A stretch of 64,000 bases of DNA from the human T2T-CHM13v2.0 reference genome, Homo sapiens. Positions 1-13,545 of this stretch are shown in pieces. The notes below the pieces were generated by a model. That model was not told where the DNA came from. It worked only from the letters and a program-made list of their open reading frames with translations, and ran no database searches. The DNA is taken from the NCBI RefSeq assembly GCF_009914755.1, contig NC_060927.1. One strand, given 5' to 3'. Positions within the stretch are counted from its first letter, which is position 1. Every line of letters starts with the position of its first letter. Both the position numbers and the translations under genes were made by a program.

Positions 1-802
1 TTTTCAGCAGATTTCAAACATCTTACCTGGAACCTCAATAAAACTAATGAAAATCTATAAAACAAGACAAAGAATACTGGTTCTGATTGAAGAAAGGAAT
101 TATGACCCAGAGCTACCTTCTTAAGGGCAAAGTTTCAAAGGAAACAAGGCTGGTGAGTGAAAGTGAATATGTTACTTGAAGTTTGGAAAAAAATTTGAAG
201 AGCTCTCAGCATGGCAGCCAGATTGTTCTATTGACATAAAATAGTCAAGTCACTCTCAGTCTCATCCCCCTACAACCCTTTCTCCAGATATTGTCTCTTC
301 TGTTCTAGCACACCTCCAGAAAAGGGAGGCAGCTCAACCATGTGAAAGCTGTCCATTCGGTTTACTTTCACTCTGAAAGTTTCAAAGTCTACTCTACTTT
401 CACTTTATTTTCCAGTCTCTCTCTATACATGTATACCCTTAGGATTCAAAACTTTCCTCCACGGAGATATACTCATTCCACATTGTTACAGTGGTTCTGT
501 CTGGGACTCTGAGGACTTCAGTTCTTCTCTTGTTACATTAATTTGCCCTGCATCTGCTACCTTGGAATTGCCCTAAGTTGTTGAGGTGTATGTGTAATCT
601 AATTCCCATTAAGTTGCAAGCTCCTTGAGGAAGTCTTAAATGTGCCCTAGATTTCTTTATTTTCCTACACATAAACTCACAGATGTAGTGACTGACCACT
701 TACCCAATGGCATCATCATATCCAGGATGGCATCCAGTACCTCTGTCTCCCATTGAACATTCCCTCATACTTCCCTCTTTTGGAACAAAAGTAAATTTAT
801 TT

Positions 803-956
803 GGCCGGGTGTGGTGGTCCATGCCTGTAATCTCAGCTACTCAGGAGGTTAAAGGGGAAGGATAACTTAAGCCCAGGAGGCCAGGAACCATGATCATGAC
901 ACTGCACTCTAGCCTGGGTAACAGAATGAGATCCTGTCTTTAAAAATAATAAAAAG
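803..956 (+). mobile_element. Alu monomer (FRAM/FAM-like), internally deleted
   Basis: GGCCGGGTGTGGTGG...CCTGTAATCTCAGCTACTCAGGAGG...CACTGCACTCTAGCCTGGGTAACAGAATGAGATCCTGTCT followed by an A-rich tail; degenerate TSD aaaagtaaatttattt / aaaaggtatattttattt. Confidence 0.85.
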
Positions 957-3374
957 GTATATTTTATTTTGTATTACTCAGTTTTTCAAGGGCAGTGACT
1001 TGTTAGCCATCCTCTACCCCCATGATACTAGTTAGACAAATGTATTCCCAGTTCATCACACAATACCTGGCACAGATCAATAAATAGTGGTGACACCAAG
1101 ACATCCAAGAACTCTAATCATCTACACTGGTTTCTACTGAAATGTCTGTTGTCATAGACTTAATTGTGTCTTCAGATACAGCAGTTCTGTTATTTCTGAG
1201 TTTTACCTGGGGCAAGAGAATCTTTAGCAAGTTTAAAGGCACCTATATCTGGAATCACCCCTCCCTCCAGATGAATATCACAGACTCTCCCATTAAAGGT
1301 CTTGCCTTCCTTGATAGCATCATCACTCCATCTATGGTGACTAACTCATGCAAGTTTGATACAGATTTTCCTGGTTTTAAAACTAGGCATATTACATTCC
1401 AGAAGCCCAGACCTCTAACTTATCTTCAATATTTGCAGGCTGGGAAGATTGTTTATTGCTGTCTCTCTTCCTTTCTCTCACCTCACAATCACTCCATTCT
1501 TCTACCTCACCATCCTAAGCGAACAAGTACGTGCTTTCTAGTCTTAAACATTAGGAAGAGCTAATGATATCTACAACTTCTACTTTCTGCCCTGCAAAGA
1601 TTTCTGAGGCAAAGAAACACAAAGCCTGATTACCCACTGAAAACCAAGAAAGGAGGTGAAACTACAAGGAGAAAAAGAGTTTAACCAATTAACTTGCCAT
1701 TTATGTAAATTGTTTAGCACAAGGCACAATACTTAACAAACAGGAACAATTATCATTCCTGTGTGCCAGAAGCAGTCAACGCAAAATAACACATGGATCC
1801 TGCCCTCAATGACCTCACACTCTAGTGAGAAAGACAGACAAGAAAAGAGTATGTATGTTTTAAGTTAGACCTGATTCAAAGTATTAAAACTTTATCTAAC
1901 ATGGTATATGTAAGATGGACAAAATTTGGGGGGAGTCAAGAAAAATTAGTAGAAGAGGGAAAAAGATCTGCAGGGTATGGAGGGGGCCATTTGTAACAAT
2001 CTAGGAAGCAAGCATACAATACATGTTTATTATCCAGTCTTTGCATGTTCAGATTTTGTAGTTTCTTGCCCAGGATAGCTCCTGCTTATATCATTTCTTA
2101 TGGACTTCTAAATCTTGCTTTGTGGCTAAAATGAAATTCTGCTGCCTGTCTGGAAATGAAATAAGAGGTTATTTTTCTAGATGCTTTTTTTTTATTGATC
2201 TCAGAATGTGTTTTAGAGTTTGGGGACCTCTTATCATCTATAGCTAATCGGAACAAGGTTTTAAAAGTAGTTTATTCTCTTGCACTTTTCTAATTAGGTC
2301 AATAAACAAATACACTAGACAAATGCTATCTTTGCAAGCTTTTGCTAGCTGTACATCCAAAGATTGCCCCAGAGACCCAGACTTTAATTAGATTCAGTAG
2401 GGGTCTAGACACTTTCATTTTCTTTAGAATTTTTCGATGTCCCACTTCAGACATGAATTTAGGAAACTGTGACTAACACGTGACTCCAAAATGAAGAATA
2501 TAAAAATATAGGTCTATTGTTTATCATTGGTATAATGTCCTCACTAAAGCTCTGCTTGCTACTCTGCTTTGCAAACATTCACTTCCCAAATTTAGGGAAT
2601 TTAGTTCTGTCTATCACAACATATTGATAAGTGTAAAAATTGGCAATAGCTCAAATGTATAATTGTAGTTGGGCAGTTCAATAAATTATGGGCATCTATA
2701 GAATATTGCACCATGCTATTCAACATATAGACCTATAAATATATATTTTGACAGAAATATCAATTGGTAGGACAATATGCACATTAAATTATAATCCTAT
2801 TTTTGAGTACATGTAGGAATAGAATTAAAGATGAACTGTTAACACTCTCAGCATTGTTTATAACTAACTAATGGGAATATAAATCCTTTATTCACATCTG
2901 GATACTCTAGTTTTGTACACTGAATGTGAGTTTCTGGTATATTAATAGCTAGCATAATTAAAACTAAATAAAATAATATAAATTTAAAGATAGAAATTAT
3001 TTTCTGTTATAAAAAGAATTGCTACTGACTCTAAGTGTCCAGCAGACCAGGGAAGTGAGTCAACATAACAGGAAGTGCTCAAATTAGAGCACATCAGACT
3101 CAGTGGGACCATGGAGACCCAACTCTATTCCCTCACTTAGTGGTGCAGGAGCTAAAGCCTAGAAGCCAAATATCTGTTCTAAACCCTACCATTCATCAGT
3201 GTAGTAACTAGATTTCTAACTTATGCTTGAATAGCTTTCACGTGCATTACAGTCTTAGAAATGCTCACCTAAATTCATCAACTTCACGTCTTACAAACAG
3301 CTAAACACTGAAGAATACCGAATAATTTCTAAATGCAGTCTAGTAAGGGCAGAAGTTTGTAAGAAATTTTTGGT

Positions 3375-3680
3375 ATAAGCTAGGCTTGGCTTGATTGGCT
3401 CACAAGTCTGGGGTTTGGCTGAGATGATTAGGATGACTCGATTCTCTCCCTGCAAAGTTCCTCATCCTCCCACCAGATAATCCAGGCTTGTTCGCTTTGC
3501 TCCAAGAAAAGCAAGTGGAAACTGCAAGATTCCTTGAGGACTGAGCATGGAACTGGCACACCACCATTTTAACAATATTCTGTTAGAGCAAATCACAAGG
3601 CCAGCCTAGCTTTAAGGGACAGGAAAATAGACTCTACCTGTTGATAGAAGAAGCTGCAAAGAATTGTGGCCATATTTGAG
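3375..3680 (-). mobile_element. Old MaLR LTR fragment (MLT1G/H-like)
   Basis: Motifs GGAACTGGCACAC, CAAATCACAAGGCCAGCC, AAATAGACTCTACC and GAAGCTGCAAAGAATTGTGGCCAT are typical of antisense MLT1. Confidence 0.65.
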
Positions 3681-5243
3681 ATCTGCTAGTTTTATACAAG
3701 GAAAGCAATCAGTACCTACAAGAGCAACCTACTATGTCCCTGTGCTTTTCAGGGCACCCAGAGTCTAAAGATGAGCCTGAACATAAGGATGAGTAATTAA
3801 ACAACTTATGAATTGAGTCCTAGAGATGGGACTTGGACTTATAACAAGGCCAGCTCTTAGCTGTGATTCTTCACCACACAACTCAAAGAACAGCTCTTCC
3901 CAGTTGTTCTTCGTATACCCAGACCAAATATATCAAAGTGCCTTCCTTTGAGCCCCCACAGCAATACATGGGTCATCTGTGATAGTTCTTATATTACTCT
4001 ACTATATAGCAAAGTCATGGTTATAGTTTGATCCCTTTTTCTAAATTTAGCTACATGAGGGCAGGCACAGCAACTTGTCAATCACTACATCTCCTGAAGC
4101 ATCAAGCAAGGCAAGCACACTGGAATAGATATGCTGTACTTTAAGACATTTGCATTGATATTTATAACTGAGTTTGGTTTGTTGTTTTTATTCTATTAGG
4201 CCATCTTCAGCAGACTTTTTAAACAATGTATACCTGCTTTATAAAAATAATTTGGAAACTTTCCTTAATTTTTTATGCCATGATATTTAAATAACTTAAA
4301 TACCATCGGAATTATTTTTTCCTTAAAATTCTGAAACAATCCATACCTTTATAGGGAGGTAATCTTTGACAGCTTTCTGCATTTGTTTATACTAATGAAC
4401 TTGTTTAAATTTTCTGCCCCTACGGGGGTTAGCTTCAATAATTTCCCTAAACAATCACTTCTTTCCTGCAGGTGCTTACATGTATTATATAAATCTGAGT
4501 AAGTAGTCTCCAATGAGTCTTTTAATTTAATTTTCCTGTATTTGTGTTGATTTCCCCATTATTATTCCTAATTTGAAGTATTTATACATTTTCTCTCATT
4601 TTTATCTCAAAGTTAATTAGCTAATGGTTCTCAACTTTATTTTTTCCAAAAGAATCAAATCTTGCACTTATGTATTAGCTTTGCCATATTTCTATGCTCT
4701 AATACAATTTTTTCTATTTAATAAACATTTAATTCTAAAATATAACACTCATACATAAAGGTGAAAGGGGAATGAAATATAAACATACTTAATGAATTAT
4801 TATGTACTTAAAACTTACATAACCACTGCTCAAGTCCTCAGATAGACCCTTTGTAGTAACCCAGAGCCCCTACACATGATCCTTTCCAATTTTAACATTA
4901 TTCCTCTCCCTTAGAGCTAAACATACTGACTTTTGTAATGGCCACTCTTTGCTTTTCTTTATAATTTTAGCACCTCTGTAGGCAACGTAAACATTATAAT
5001 TTGGCTTTGCCTATTTTTTGAATTTTATATAGATGGAATTACATACTGTGTATGCTTAATTTTGTGTAGCTGTGTAAAACTGAAGACTGTTAAATTTGCT
5101 GCTAAATAATTTCCCATTGTATGAATGCACTGTTGCTTATTCACTTTTTCTTTTAATATGATTGATAATCTTTCCAATATTTTACTATTACAAACAATGT
5201 TGTGAAGTGTACCCTGATGTACACATGCACATCTTTCTCCAGG

Positions 5244-5780
5244 CAAAGGTCCTTAACCCTTGGATCCATGGATAGATTTCACAGAGTCCATGAACGTGAA
5301 TGGGAAAAAAAAAAACTAAATCTGTCTCTTTATTACCTTCTAACTGAAATGCAGCATTTCTTTTCATTACAAATGCAGACAAGAGAGAAACACAATACCT
5401 GTGCCTGTAACCTTGTCATAAGTAGCTCTGTATGCTTTGTATTTTTTGTCACTGATAAAAATAACAAAATTTTATATCTCATTATGGCTGTAAATATCTA
5501 GAAATATCATTTGTGCTCATTACTATTTTGAAATTATTGTAGTTATTAGACCCCCTACTTGCTGCTGTTATTTAATACGTTAATAAAAATGAATAATTTT
5601 TACTATAGCACAAATTTATTGTTTTAGTATTTGATAGCCATATTCTGATAGAGTTGTTTCTTCTCACAAATTGTATGTATTTTATGTATTTTTTAAAAGC
5701 TTAAGTTCTTATGAGAAGAGATTCTTAGGCTTTGCATGATGGCCAAAGATACATGACACAAAAAAGGTTTGGTATTCCAG
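5244..5780 (+). mobile_element. hAT-Charlie DNA transposon fossil (Charlie4a-like)
   Basis: CTTAACCCTTGGATCCATGGATAG...TAACTGAAATGCAGCATTTC...GTAGTTATTAGACC...ACACAAAAAAGGTT follows the recalled Charlie4a consensus end to end. Confidence 0.7.
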
Positions 5781-5811
5781 GGCATATAACTAGGAGGGGA
5801 TTAAAGTCTGC

Positions 5812-6220
5812 GAGTCAGTCAGGGATGAATCAGGCTACACCACAGTAACAAACAGCTCCCAAATCTCAATGGTTCAAAACAACAAATATTTATTTCTCAC
5901 ATATTCTACATTTCCCTATGTCTACCTTGGGTGCATTGGGGGAATCAGGGAGCTCACTCAGTGAGTTAGGGTGCTAGAATTTCCACCATCTAAAAAATAA
6001 CTGGCAGCTGTGCTGGAGAAAATAGAAGATGGCAAATCATGCATTGGACCTAAAGGCATCCATGCAGAAATGAGTGATATATTTTGCTTTTGCTCACATT
6101 TCACTGGACACAGCAAATTACATGGTCATACCTAAGTTAAAGGGGGTAGAAACAAGAATTCCATCAAGTGTCCCAAAAAAGGAAAACTAAAAATATTGGT
6201 AAATAACACTATTGACTATT
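5812..6220 (-). mobile_element. Old MaLR LTR (MLT1K/L-like)
   Basis: CAGTAACAAACAGCTCCCAAATCTCAATGGTTCAAAACAACAAATATTTATTTCTCA...GCTCACATTTCACTGG...CATGGTCATACCTAA. Confidence 0.65.
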
Positions 6221-9200
6221 AGAGTATACATATTTTCAATTTTATTATATAATATCCCACTTATTTCCAAAGAAGGCTACCAATTTACATTCCCATCTGT
6301 ACTATATGGAAATTCACCTCATTCTATACATCCTCAACAAGACTTGGTATTGTGAAGTTGTTTCTCATTTTAGTCATTCAAGTTGTTTTAAATTTTTTTT
6401 CCAGACTACTCCTGAGGTAGACCTTTTTAAATACGAATATTAGTCATTTGGATGTCCTGTTTTTTAAAGTACCTTTTCAGATCATTTGATCATTTTTAAA
6501 TTAAATTGTCTGTCTCTTTCTTATTTATTTTTTTATCAGATCTATTTAACTTACATTTTATCTTTTCCTGTTCACTCGGCCTGTTCATATCTTTTCCTGT
6601 TCACTCTGTTCTTCATATCTTTTGTTCTGAGCCTTTGTTTTTGAGCAATTGCTTCATTTATGTTTTTTTTAACCCATGGAGATATTTAGTGACAATTTGA
6701 CCTTCTCCACTGTGATGTAAATATTTCTATTGGCAATTTTTTCCTTATTCCTTCAGTCATCTGTTGTTGTCATTGTTGTTGATTTCATTGGTTATATTTT
6801 GTGAAAGACCTGTTTTTGATCCTTTTTGTTTATTGCTCACATTTGAATAAGATTCATTCTTCCTGGATCAGCTGGAAGCAGGCAGTTCATGGAAAAGACT
6901 TTCAGGAATTCTTGTGAGACAGAGTTTTATATACGTTATTACATATTTTCAGCCTTAACATCTTCCCAACAACCAAGATGGCCCCTATTTCCTCCTCACA
7001 TTGTGAATGTCTCTTTTTAAAATTGCCTTATTAACAGACTATTTTCTACATAAATGCTCTATTATTTCAGACTCTGTATCATCGGAATTCTAGGAAGCTC
7101 TTGCTGCCAGGTCCTGCACCCAATGCCTCCCATTCCAAACAAGAACTGTTAGTGTTTTACTCGGAGCCATGACACATACTGAGGGAAGTGCTTTCATTTG
7201 GCTTTTTCTGAGTGCCGTCTTTTCATCTCTTTTATATTGTACAGTAATTGTTTTGTCGATTTGTGGTGTGAGTTTTCAGATTTATCTTAGTTTCACTAAA
7301 GATTAAGGCTGTCTTTCCAGGTCTTGTTGTCTCAGTTTTTAAGACTACAAAACCCAGAAAGAGAAAGTACCAACTTCACACCAACATTTTCAAACAAGAA
7401 GCCCATCAAAGGTTAAACAAGAGTCATGTGTTCAAGTTTGCATTTTAAGAGCATTCATAAAGAGGCACATTAAGAATGTACTTAAAGTAATGAACCATTA
7501 AGAGTCTGTGTCAGTAATCCTGTCAATTGATAATAACTACTTATGGAGCAGGAGAGTGATGAAGAACACTATTTGGATTTAAGAATCAATATAAATTGAG
7601 AGACAGTATAATGTGGAAACTAAAGATTGGGAGAAAGGACATTCTCATGCTTCTAGAATATTTAAAGAATTGGGCTTTTTTTTCCTTGTATGGTATTTAG
7701 ATCAGAATGCAGAGCATATTTCCCTGTATAATGTCCTCTAAAATGTCAAACATATTTATTGATAAGAAGATGTCAATGCTAGCCAGGGTGTGAGTTATTT
7801 CAATAAAGACAATAATGTGTCCTATTATCATGATGCTGAAAGTGATATTACTTCTCCAATAGAAAACCCTTCTGTGGACTATCTTCATTAAAATTCCTGA
7901 AAGATCATTAACTCTCCAACCATCTTTGATCAATTCCAACCTCTGACAGTCTAACTACTTTATATGATTGGCAAGTCAATTTCATCTCCATGTTGCACAT
8001 ACATTACATTTAAAACATAAAGCTTTATTCCATTCCATAAAGATGCATAGATTGATGACTGTGTAGATATACTAACTGGGAATGGATCAAAGGGCTCTAT
8101 GAATGAAAAGTGTGGACAATGGTAATTTTTAAATTTAGTATAATACCAATTTTGAGAAAGGTGTAATAACAGGAATAAGATATACACACATCCCTGAAAC
8201 AACTAAAAATTATTAAGAATAAACAGACAAAATAAATAAAACAAATAGCTTTTAAAACACTTTTCAGGCAACATGAAACTGATTCTTGAAAGATGAGAAA
8301 CAAACTAGTAGAGACCAACCATTGCCCCAGTTTACCACCTTGAGAAAGTTTCCCATCCATGGTAGAGGGGAATCCAAGTGGGCCCAGCAAACTCCCTGAG
8401 GTGAGGAGGTGGACCTGATGTTCTGGGATACCAAGGCTGCTGGAGTTTGTAGGATAGGGTCCTGGAAAGAGAGCTTCTCAGAAAGAACTAAGAAATCTTC
8501 AGAGAATCCCTGCCACCTATTCAACAGAGATCCTGTGAGGAAACTACCAGAGGCTGGGGGAGAATCATCCAGAGAGGACGAGATCCAGGTTCCTACCCAA
8601 GACGGAGAAGAGTCTGCCACCACCCAGAATGGAAAAGCTCATAATTTACAGAGAACTGGGTAGAGTCCTCAGAAGGTACTTGCCGCGGTGGTAGGGAATA
8701 ATTAGTCCTAGACTAAATGCTGTTTTAGTCCCATCTAACAAATCATAAAAACAAGACACAAAAGAATCAAACTGTTTCTGAGTAAGATAATTGTGTTCCA
8801 GTACAAAGCTTAAGAATATTTATAGAAATACAAAAATTTCCAGCACTCAGTGAGGTAAAATTCAGAATGACTTGCATCTATTCTGAGATTCTAAGACTAC
8901 CAGGCATGCAAAGAAATAAGAAAACATCACTCATAATGAAGAGAAAAAACCAATCACACCTGAACTGGAACTGACAAAGATATTGGAAATAGCAGATGAG
9001 AACATTAAAACATTTATTATAACTGAATTCCAGATGTTCAAAAAGAAAAGAAAGTACAAGAAATATATAAAAATATCCAAATCAGACTTATAGAGATGAA
9101 ACTAGAGATGAAAAGTATGATGACTGGGGTGAAAAATATGTTATATACATTTAATGGAAGATTAGATGTTACAGGGAAAAAAAAAGATTAATGAATTCCA

Positions 9201-9274
9201 ACAGATAGCAATAGAAATCCAAAAGGAAACAGAGAAATAAACTACCAAAAATACCTCAGTAAATTCTGGCCACT

Positions 9275-9432
9275 TCAAGTATTATTATTATATACAATAT
9301 ATAATATTATGTATTAATTATATGAATAACATATGATATTATATAAAATATATGTAACATAAGTATTTTTATATGGTTATGTATGTTATATTATATATGA
9401 TTATATATAATATAATATATTAATATTATATA
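9275..9432. repeat. AT-rich (TA/TAT) low-complexity tract
   Basis: Almost pure A/T with irregular TATA/ATTAT units. Confidence 0.8.
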
Positions 9433-9686
9433 CATGGAAGGGGAAAACAAAAAATTGAAGAAATAATAACTGATTTTTCCAAACATGATGAAAACTACTA
9501 AATCACAGACTCAAGAAGATCAATGAAAATTCCAAGCACAAGAAACATGAAGAAAACTGCACCAAAACATATTATAATTAAATTGATCAAAACCAGTGAT
9601 AAGAAAAATCTTAAAAGAAGCCAGAACAAAAAGACACATTATACAGAGAACAAAGGTAAGAATGCAGTGGATTTCTTGTTAGAAAC

Positions 9687-10673
9687 TGGTAAGAAGACTA
9701 ATAGCTCTCTGTATTAGTCCCTTCTCATATTGCTATAAAGAACTACCTGAGACTGGGTAATTTATAAAGAAAAGAAATTGGCTCACCATTCAGCAGGCTC
9801 TACAGAAAGCATGGCTGAGGAGGCCTCAGGAAACTTACAATCATGGCAGAAGGTGAAGGGGAAGCAGGCACATCTTACCTGGCTGGATCAGGAGGAAGAG
9901 AGAGAGTTAGGAGTTGCCACGTACTTTTAAACAACCAGATCTCGTGAGAACTCACTCACTGTCAGGAGAACAGCAAGAGGGAAGTCTGCCCTCACGATCC
10001 AATCACCTCCCACCAGGCCCCTCCTCCAACATTGGGATTACAATTGGACACGTGATTTGGGTGGCGAAACAAATCCAAACCACATCATTCTCCAAATGTT
10101 TTCATGCCCTTATTTTCTGAACCTATTAATATATTACCTTATAGTTATAAGAGACCTTGCAGATGTCAGTAAGGTTAAAACCTTGTGATGAAGAGTATAG
10201 CCTGGCTTATCCAGGTGGGCCCAGTATAATCACAAGTCCTTAAAAGCAGCTTATCCAGGTGAGCACAATATAACCACAAGTCCTTAAAAGCAGACAATCT
10301 TTGCTGACTGTAATCAGAGTGTGAAGCAAGAAGGACTTTACTTGCTATTACTGACTTTGAAGATGGGGAGAAGGAGGCCACAAACCAAGGAATGCTGTGC
10401 CTTCTAGAAGCTCAGAAAACAGCCATCAGTTTACAGCTGGCAATAAAACAGCAACATTGATCCTACTCCAAAGAAGCTGAATTCTAAAAACAACCCAACT
10501 GGGCAGGAAACTCTCTACTGTAGCCTCCAGAAAGTAAACCAACCTGCTGATTTTAGCCCACCGAGACCCATATTAGACTTAACAACTCACAGAAGTGTGA
10601 AATAATGAATTTGTGTCGTTTAAAACCCTGAGTTTGCAATAATTTGTTATGGCAGCAATTAAGAACTGATGCA
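9687..10673 (+). mobile_element. MLT1D/E-like MaLR solo LTR inserted in L1M ORF1
   Basis: CTTGCAGATG...TTATCCAGGTGGGCCCAG...AATTTGTTATGGCAGCAAT...CTGATGCA; perfect 5-bp TSD GAAAC at 9682-9686 and 10674-10678. Confidence 0.85.
9710..10087 (-). mobile_element. MSTA-like MaLR solo LTR nested in MLT1
   Basis: TGTATTAGTCC...CTGAGACTGGGTAATTTATAAAGAAAAGA...GGAAACTTACAATCATGGCAGAAGGTGAAGG...CCAAACCACATCA; TSD ctctc/ttctc. Confidence 0.9.
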
Positions 10674-11739
10674 GAAACAATGCAAGTGATAAGACAAGGG
10701 AGAATTACCTTTAAAGTAATAAAGAAGGGAAAATTTTCAATGTAGAATTCAGTACCCAATCAAAATTTCAGTTGCATTTTTGTTTAAGAAACTGAAAAAT
10801 GTATTCAAAATGTATATGGAAATTAAAAATAATCCAGAATGGGCAAAGCACTTTGAAAAGATGTAACAAAGATAACCCAAATACCTGATTTCAAGAATAA
10901 TTATAAAACTACAGTTGTCAAAACAACATGGCATAGACATACATGTAGAGAAATTGATCAATGACATAAAATAGAAAGTCCAGAAACAGATCCACACATA
11001 CCCAGACCACTAATTTTTGACAAAGTTACAATGGCAATTTAGAAAAAAAAAGATAATTTTGTTAATAAATGATGCTGGAACAATTGGACGTTCACATGCA
11101 AAAGAAAAAGAAAGGAAAACAAAGCTCAGCACATACTTCACACCATACACAAAGGTTAACACAAAATACATGATAGACTTAAAATGTAAGAGCTAAAACT
11201 CTAACAATCTGGAAGAAAATGTTGGACAAAATCTTTGTGTCCTTAAGTTAAGCAAAGACTTCTTAGACATGACACCAAACAATCCATAAAAGAAAAAAAC
11301 TGATTAATTGAACTTCATCAAAATTACAAACTTTTGTTGCTTTAATTATACTGCTAGGGGAAGAAAAGCCAACCTACAGAAGATTAGAGAAAAATATTTT
11401 CAAAACATACATCTAATTAAAAAGACTTGTATCCAGAAGATATAAAGTACTCTATAAATTAAATAATGAGAAAACAAACAACCCAATAAAGAGCTGAGAA
11501 AATATTAACAGACACCTTACCAAAGAGAACATGCAGATGGCCAACAGGCACAAGAAATAATTCACAACAGCGTAAAGTGTCATTAGGGGACTGCAAATTA
11601 AAACCACAATAGTGATACAGCATATCAGCACATGCTATTAAAATAGCTAATTTTTTTTTAACTGACAGTACTAATTGCTGGTGAGAACATGGAGCATCAG
11701 GATGCTTGTTGAAAGCAGCACACTCACTGGTAAAACACT

Positions 11740-13545
11740 GAAAATTTTCTACCTCAGATTGGGAACAAGGTAAATATGTGTTCACATTGTGACTTCTATT
11801 CAAAATGCTGGAAGCACCAGCATTGTATAACACAAGAAAAAAAGCATAAAAATTACAAAATAAGAGATAAACTATTATTATTCACAGACATAATAACCTA
11901 CTAAAAGAGCTAAAAAACTCTACAATCTATTATAATTGCTGGATAGAAGTTACTGTAAAAAAAGAAAGTGTATTACTACCATACACCAATAACAAATTTT
12001 AAATTTTAAAACTGATACCATTTAAAATAGTCCCAAAACTATCAAATATAATTTAGTAAAAGATTTGAAAGATCTCTACATTAAGACTATGAAACATTAT
12101 TGAGAGAACTTACAGAAGACCAAAGTAAATGGAGTGATATGCTATATTTATGGATTGAAAGGCTCAGTATTACAAAATTTCAAATGTTCCCTAAATCGAT
12201 CTAAAATGAAAATGCAATCCCAATCAAATTCTAAGCTTTTTTTGCACTAATTTTCACAGCTTCTAAAGTGGAAATGGAAATGCAAAACTCTAAATATATC
12301 CAATATTGACTATATCCAATAATATTAAAGAAAAATATATCATGACAAGCCATAGTAATTAGAACAGTATGATATTGACCCAAGGATAGAAAATTTGACA
12401 AATAGAACTAAAATCAAAATTACATAAGAAGGCCCAAAAATATATAGTCATCTGATTTATGTTAAAGATGACACTCTAATGCAATAGAGAATCTTTTATT
12501 ACATCATACTCCACTCAGATAAAACTCAGATTGAATACAGGTAATCAATCAAAATGTGAAAGATCACAAGAAACTGAAAGGGCAACCCATAATGGGAGAT
12601 TAAAAAAGAGAAAGGGAGTGAGAAAAGCACTTACCACATATGCATACACTAAACAATGTGTGTCCAAAATAAAGAATTCAAAAAGAAAAAGAAAGACAAC
12701 CAAATAAAAAACAGGCAAACATTTAGGTGTTTCTCAAAAGAAAATATGCGCGTGACCAAGAACCACATTAAAAAGCTGCTGAATTTCATTAGTAATAAAG
12801 AAAATGCAAATTAAAATCACAAAAAATGTTGTTACACACACATACATATTACAATGGTTAAAATAAAAATGATTGAGAATACCAAGTATTTGCAATGATG
12901 TTAAACATCTAGAATTCTCAGACACTGTTAAGAGTATTAATTAATAAAACCATTTTGAAAAATTATTTGCCACTTATTTCTGAAACCTGAATAAATGCAT
13001 ATCTGTGACCAGAAATTCCATTCTTAGGTCTATTTCCAACAGAAATGCCTAAAATGTATATTAGAAGACACATACAAGAATGTTGATAAAGGCATCATTC
13101 TTAATAACCCCAAACTAGAAACTACACAAATGGTAATCAACCATTAATAATTGCAATATATTCATATAATGAAACATTATAGAGCAATGAAAACGGAGGG
13201 TATACAACACATGTAACAATATGAATAATTACCATAACAAAAGGTTGTGCAAAGAAACATACACAAAAAAGTGTATGTGGCATGGTGCAATTTACAGAAA
13301 GTCCAAGAACAGCCAAAACTAATCTGTTCTGTTAAAAGTCAGGAAAGTAATTACTCTTAAGAAACATGGGGAATTGCCTGAAAGAAAAGACAAGACGTGT
13401 TTCGGGATGCTGGCAATATGGTATTTCCTTATCTGGGTGCTGGATGCCTGAGCATGTTCATTTTGTAAAAAATTTACAAGCTTCATACTTAGCATACATA
13501 GTTACATTTTTCTGAACATATGTATGTGTTCAATAATTTTTTAAG
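11740..13545 (+). mobile_element. L1ME-type ORF2 3' half and 3'UTR fossil
   Basis: AATGCAATCCCAATCAAA, AAATGCAAATTAAAATCACA, GAAATTCCATTCTTAGG, GGCAATATGGTATTTCCTTATCTGGGTG. Confidence 0.7.

Larger units (their letters stand above)
4730..6530 (-). mobile_element. L1ME-type 3' region, split by Charlie4a and an MLT1 LTR
   Basis: Degenerate antisense L1 motifs (TTTTATATAGATGGAATTACATACTG; ACCAATTTACATTCCCA; CATCCTCAACAAGACTTGGTATTGT) continue on both sides of the insertions. Confidence 0.55.
8200..11740 (+). mobile_element. Ancient L1M (MC/MD-type): 5'UTR, ORF1 remnant and ORF2 3' part, with LTR insertions
   Basis: ORF 9523-9717 (KKTAPKHIIIKLIKTSDKKNLK) resembles L1 ORF1; ORF2 3' motifs from ~10760 (AAATGATGCTGGAACAATTGG, CTTCATCAAAATTACAAACTTTTG, TGCAAATTAAAACCACAAT). 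Confidence 0.75.

Noticed and set aside
1142-1564. 140-aa ORF in unique sequence
   Set aside because: No recognisable domain and no promoter or CpG context. The length is compatible with chance in 64 kb over six frames.
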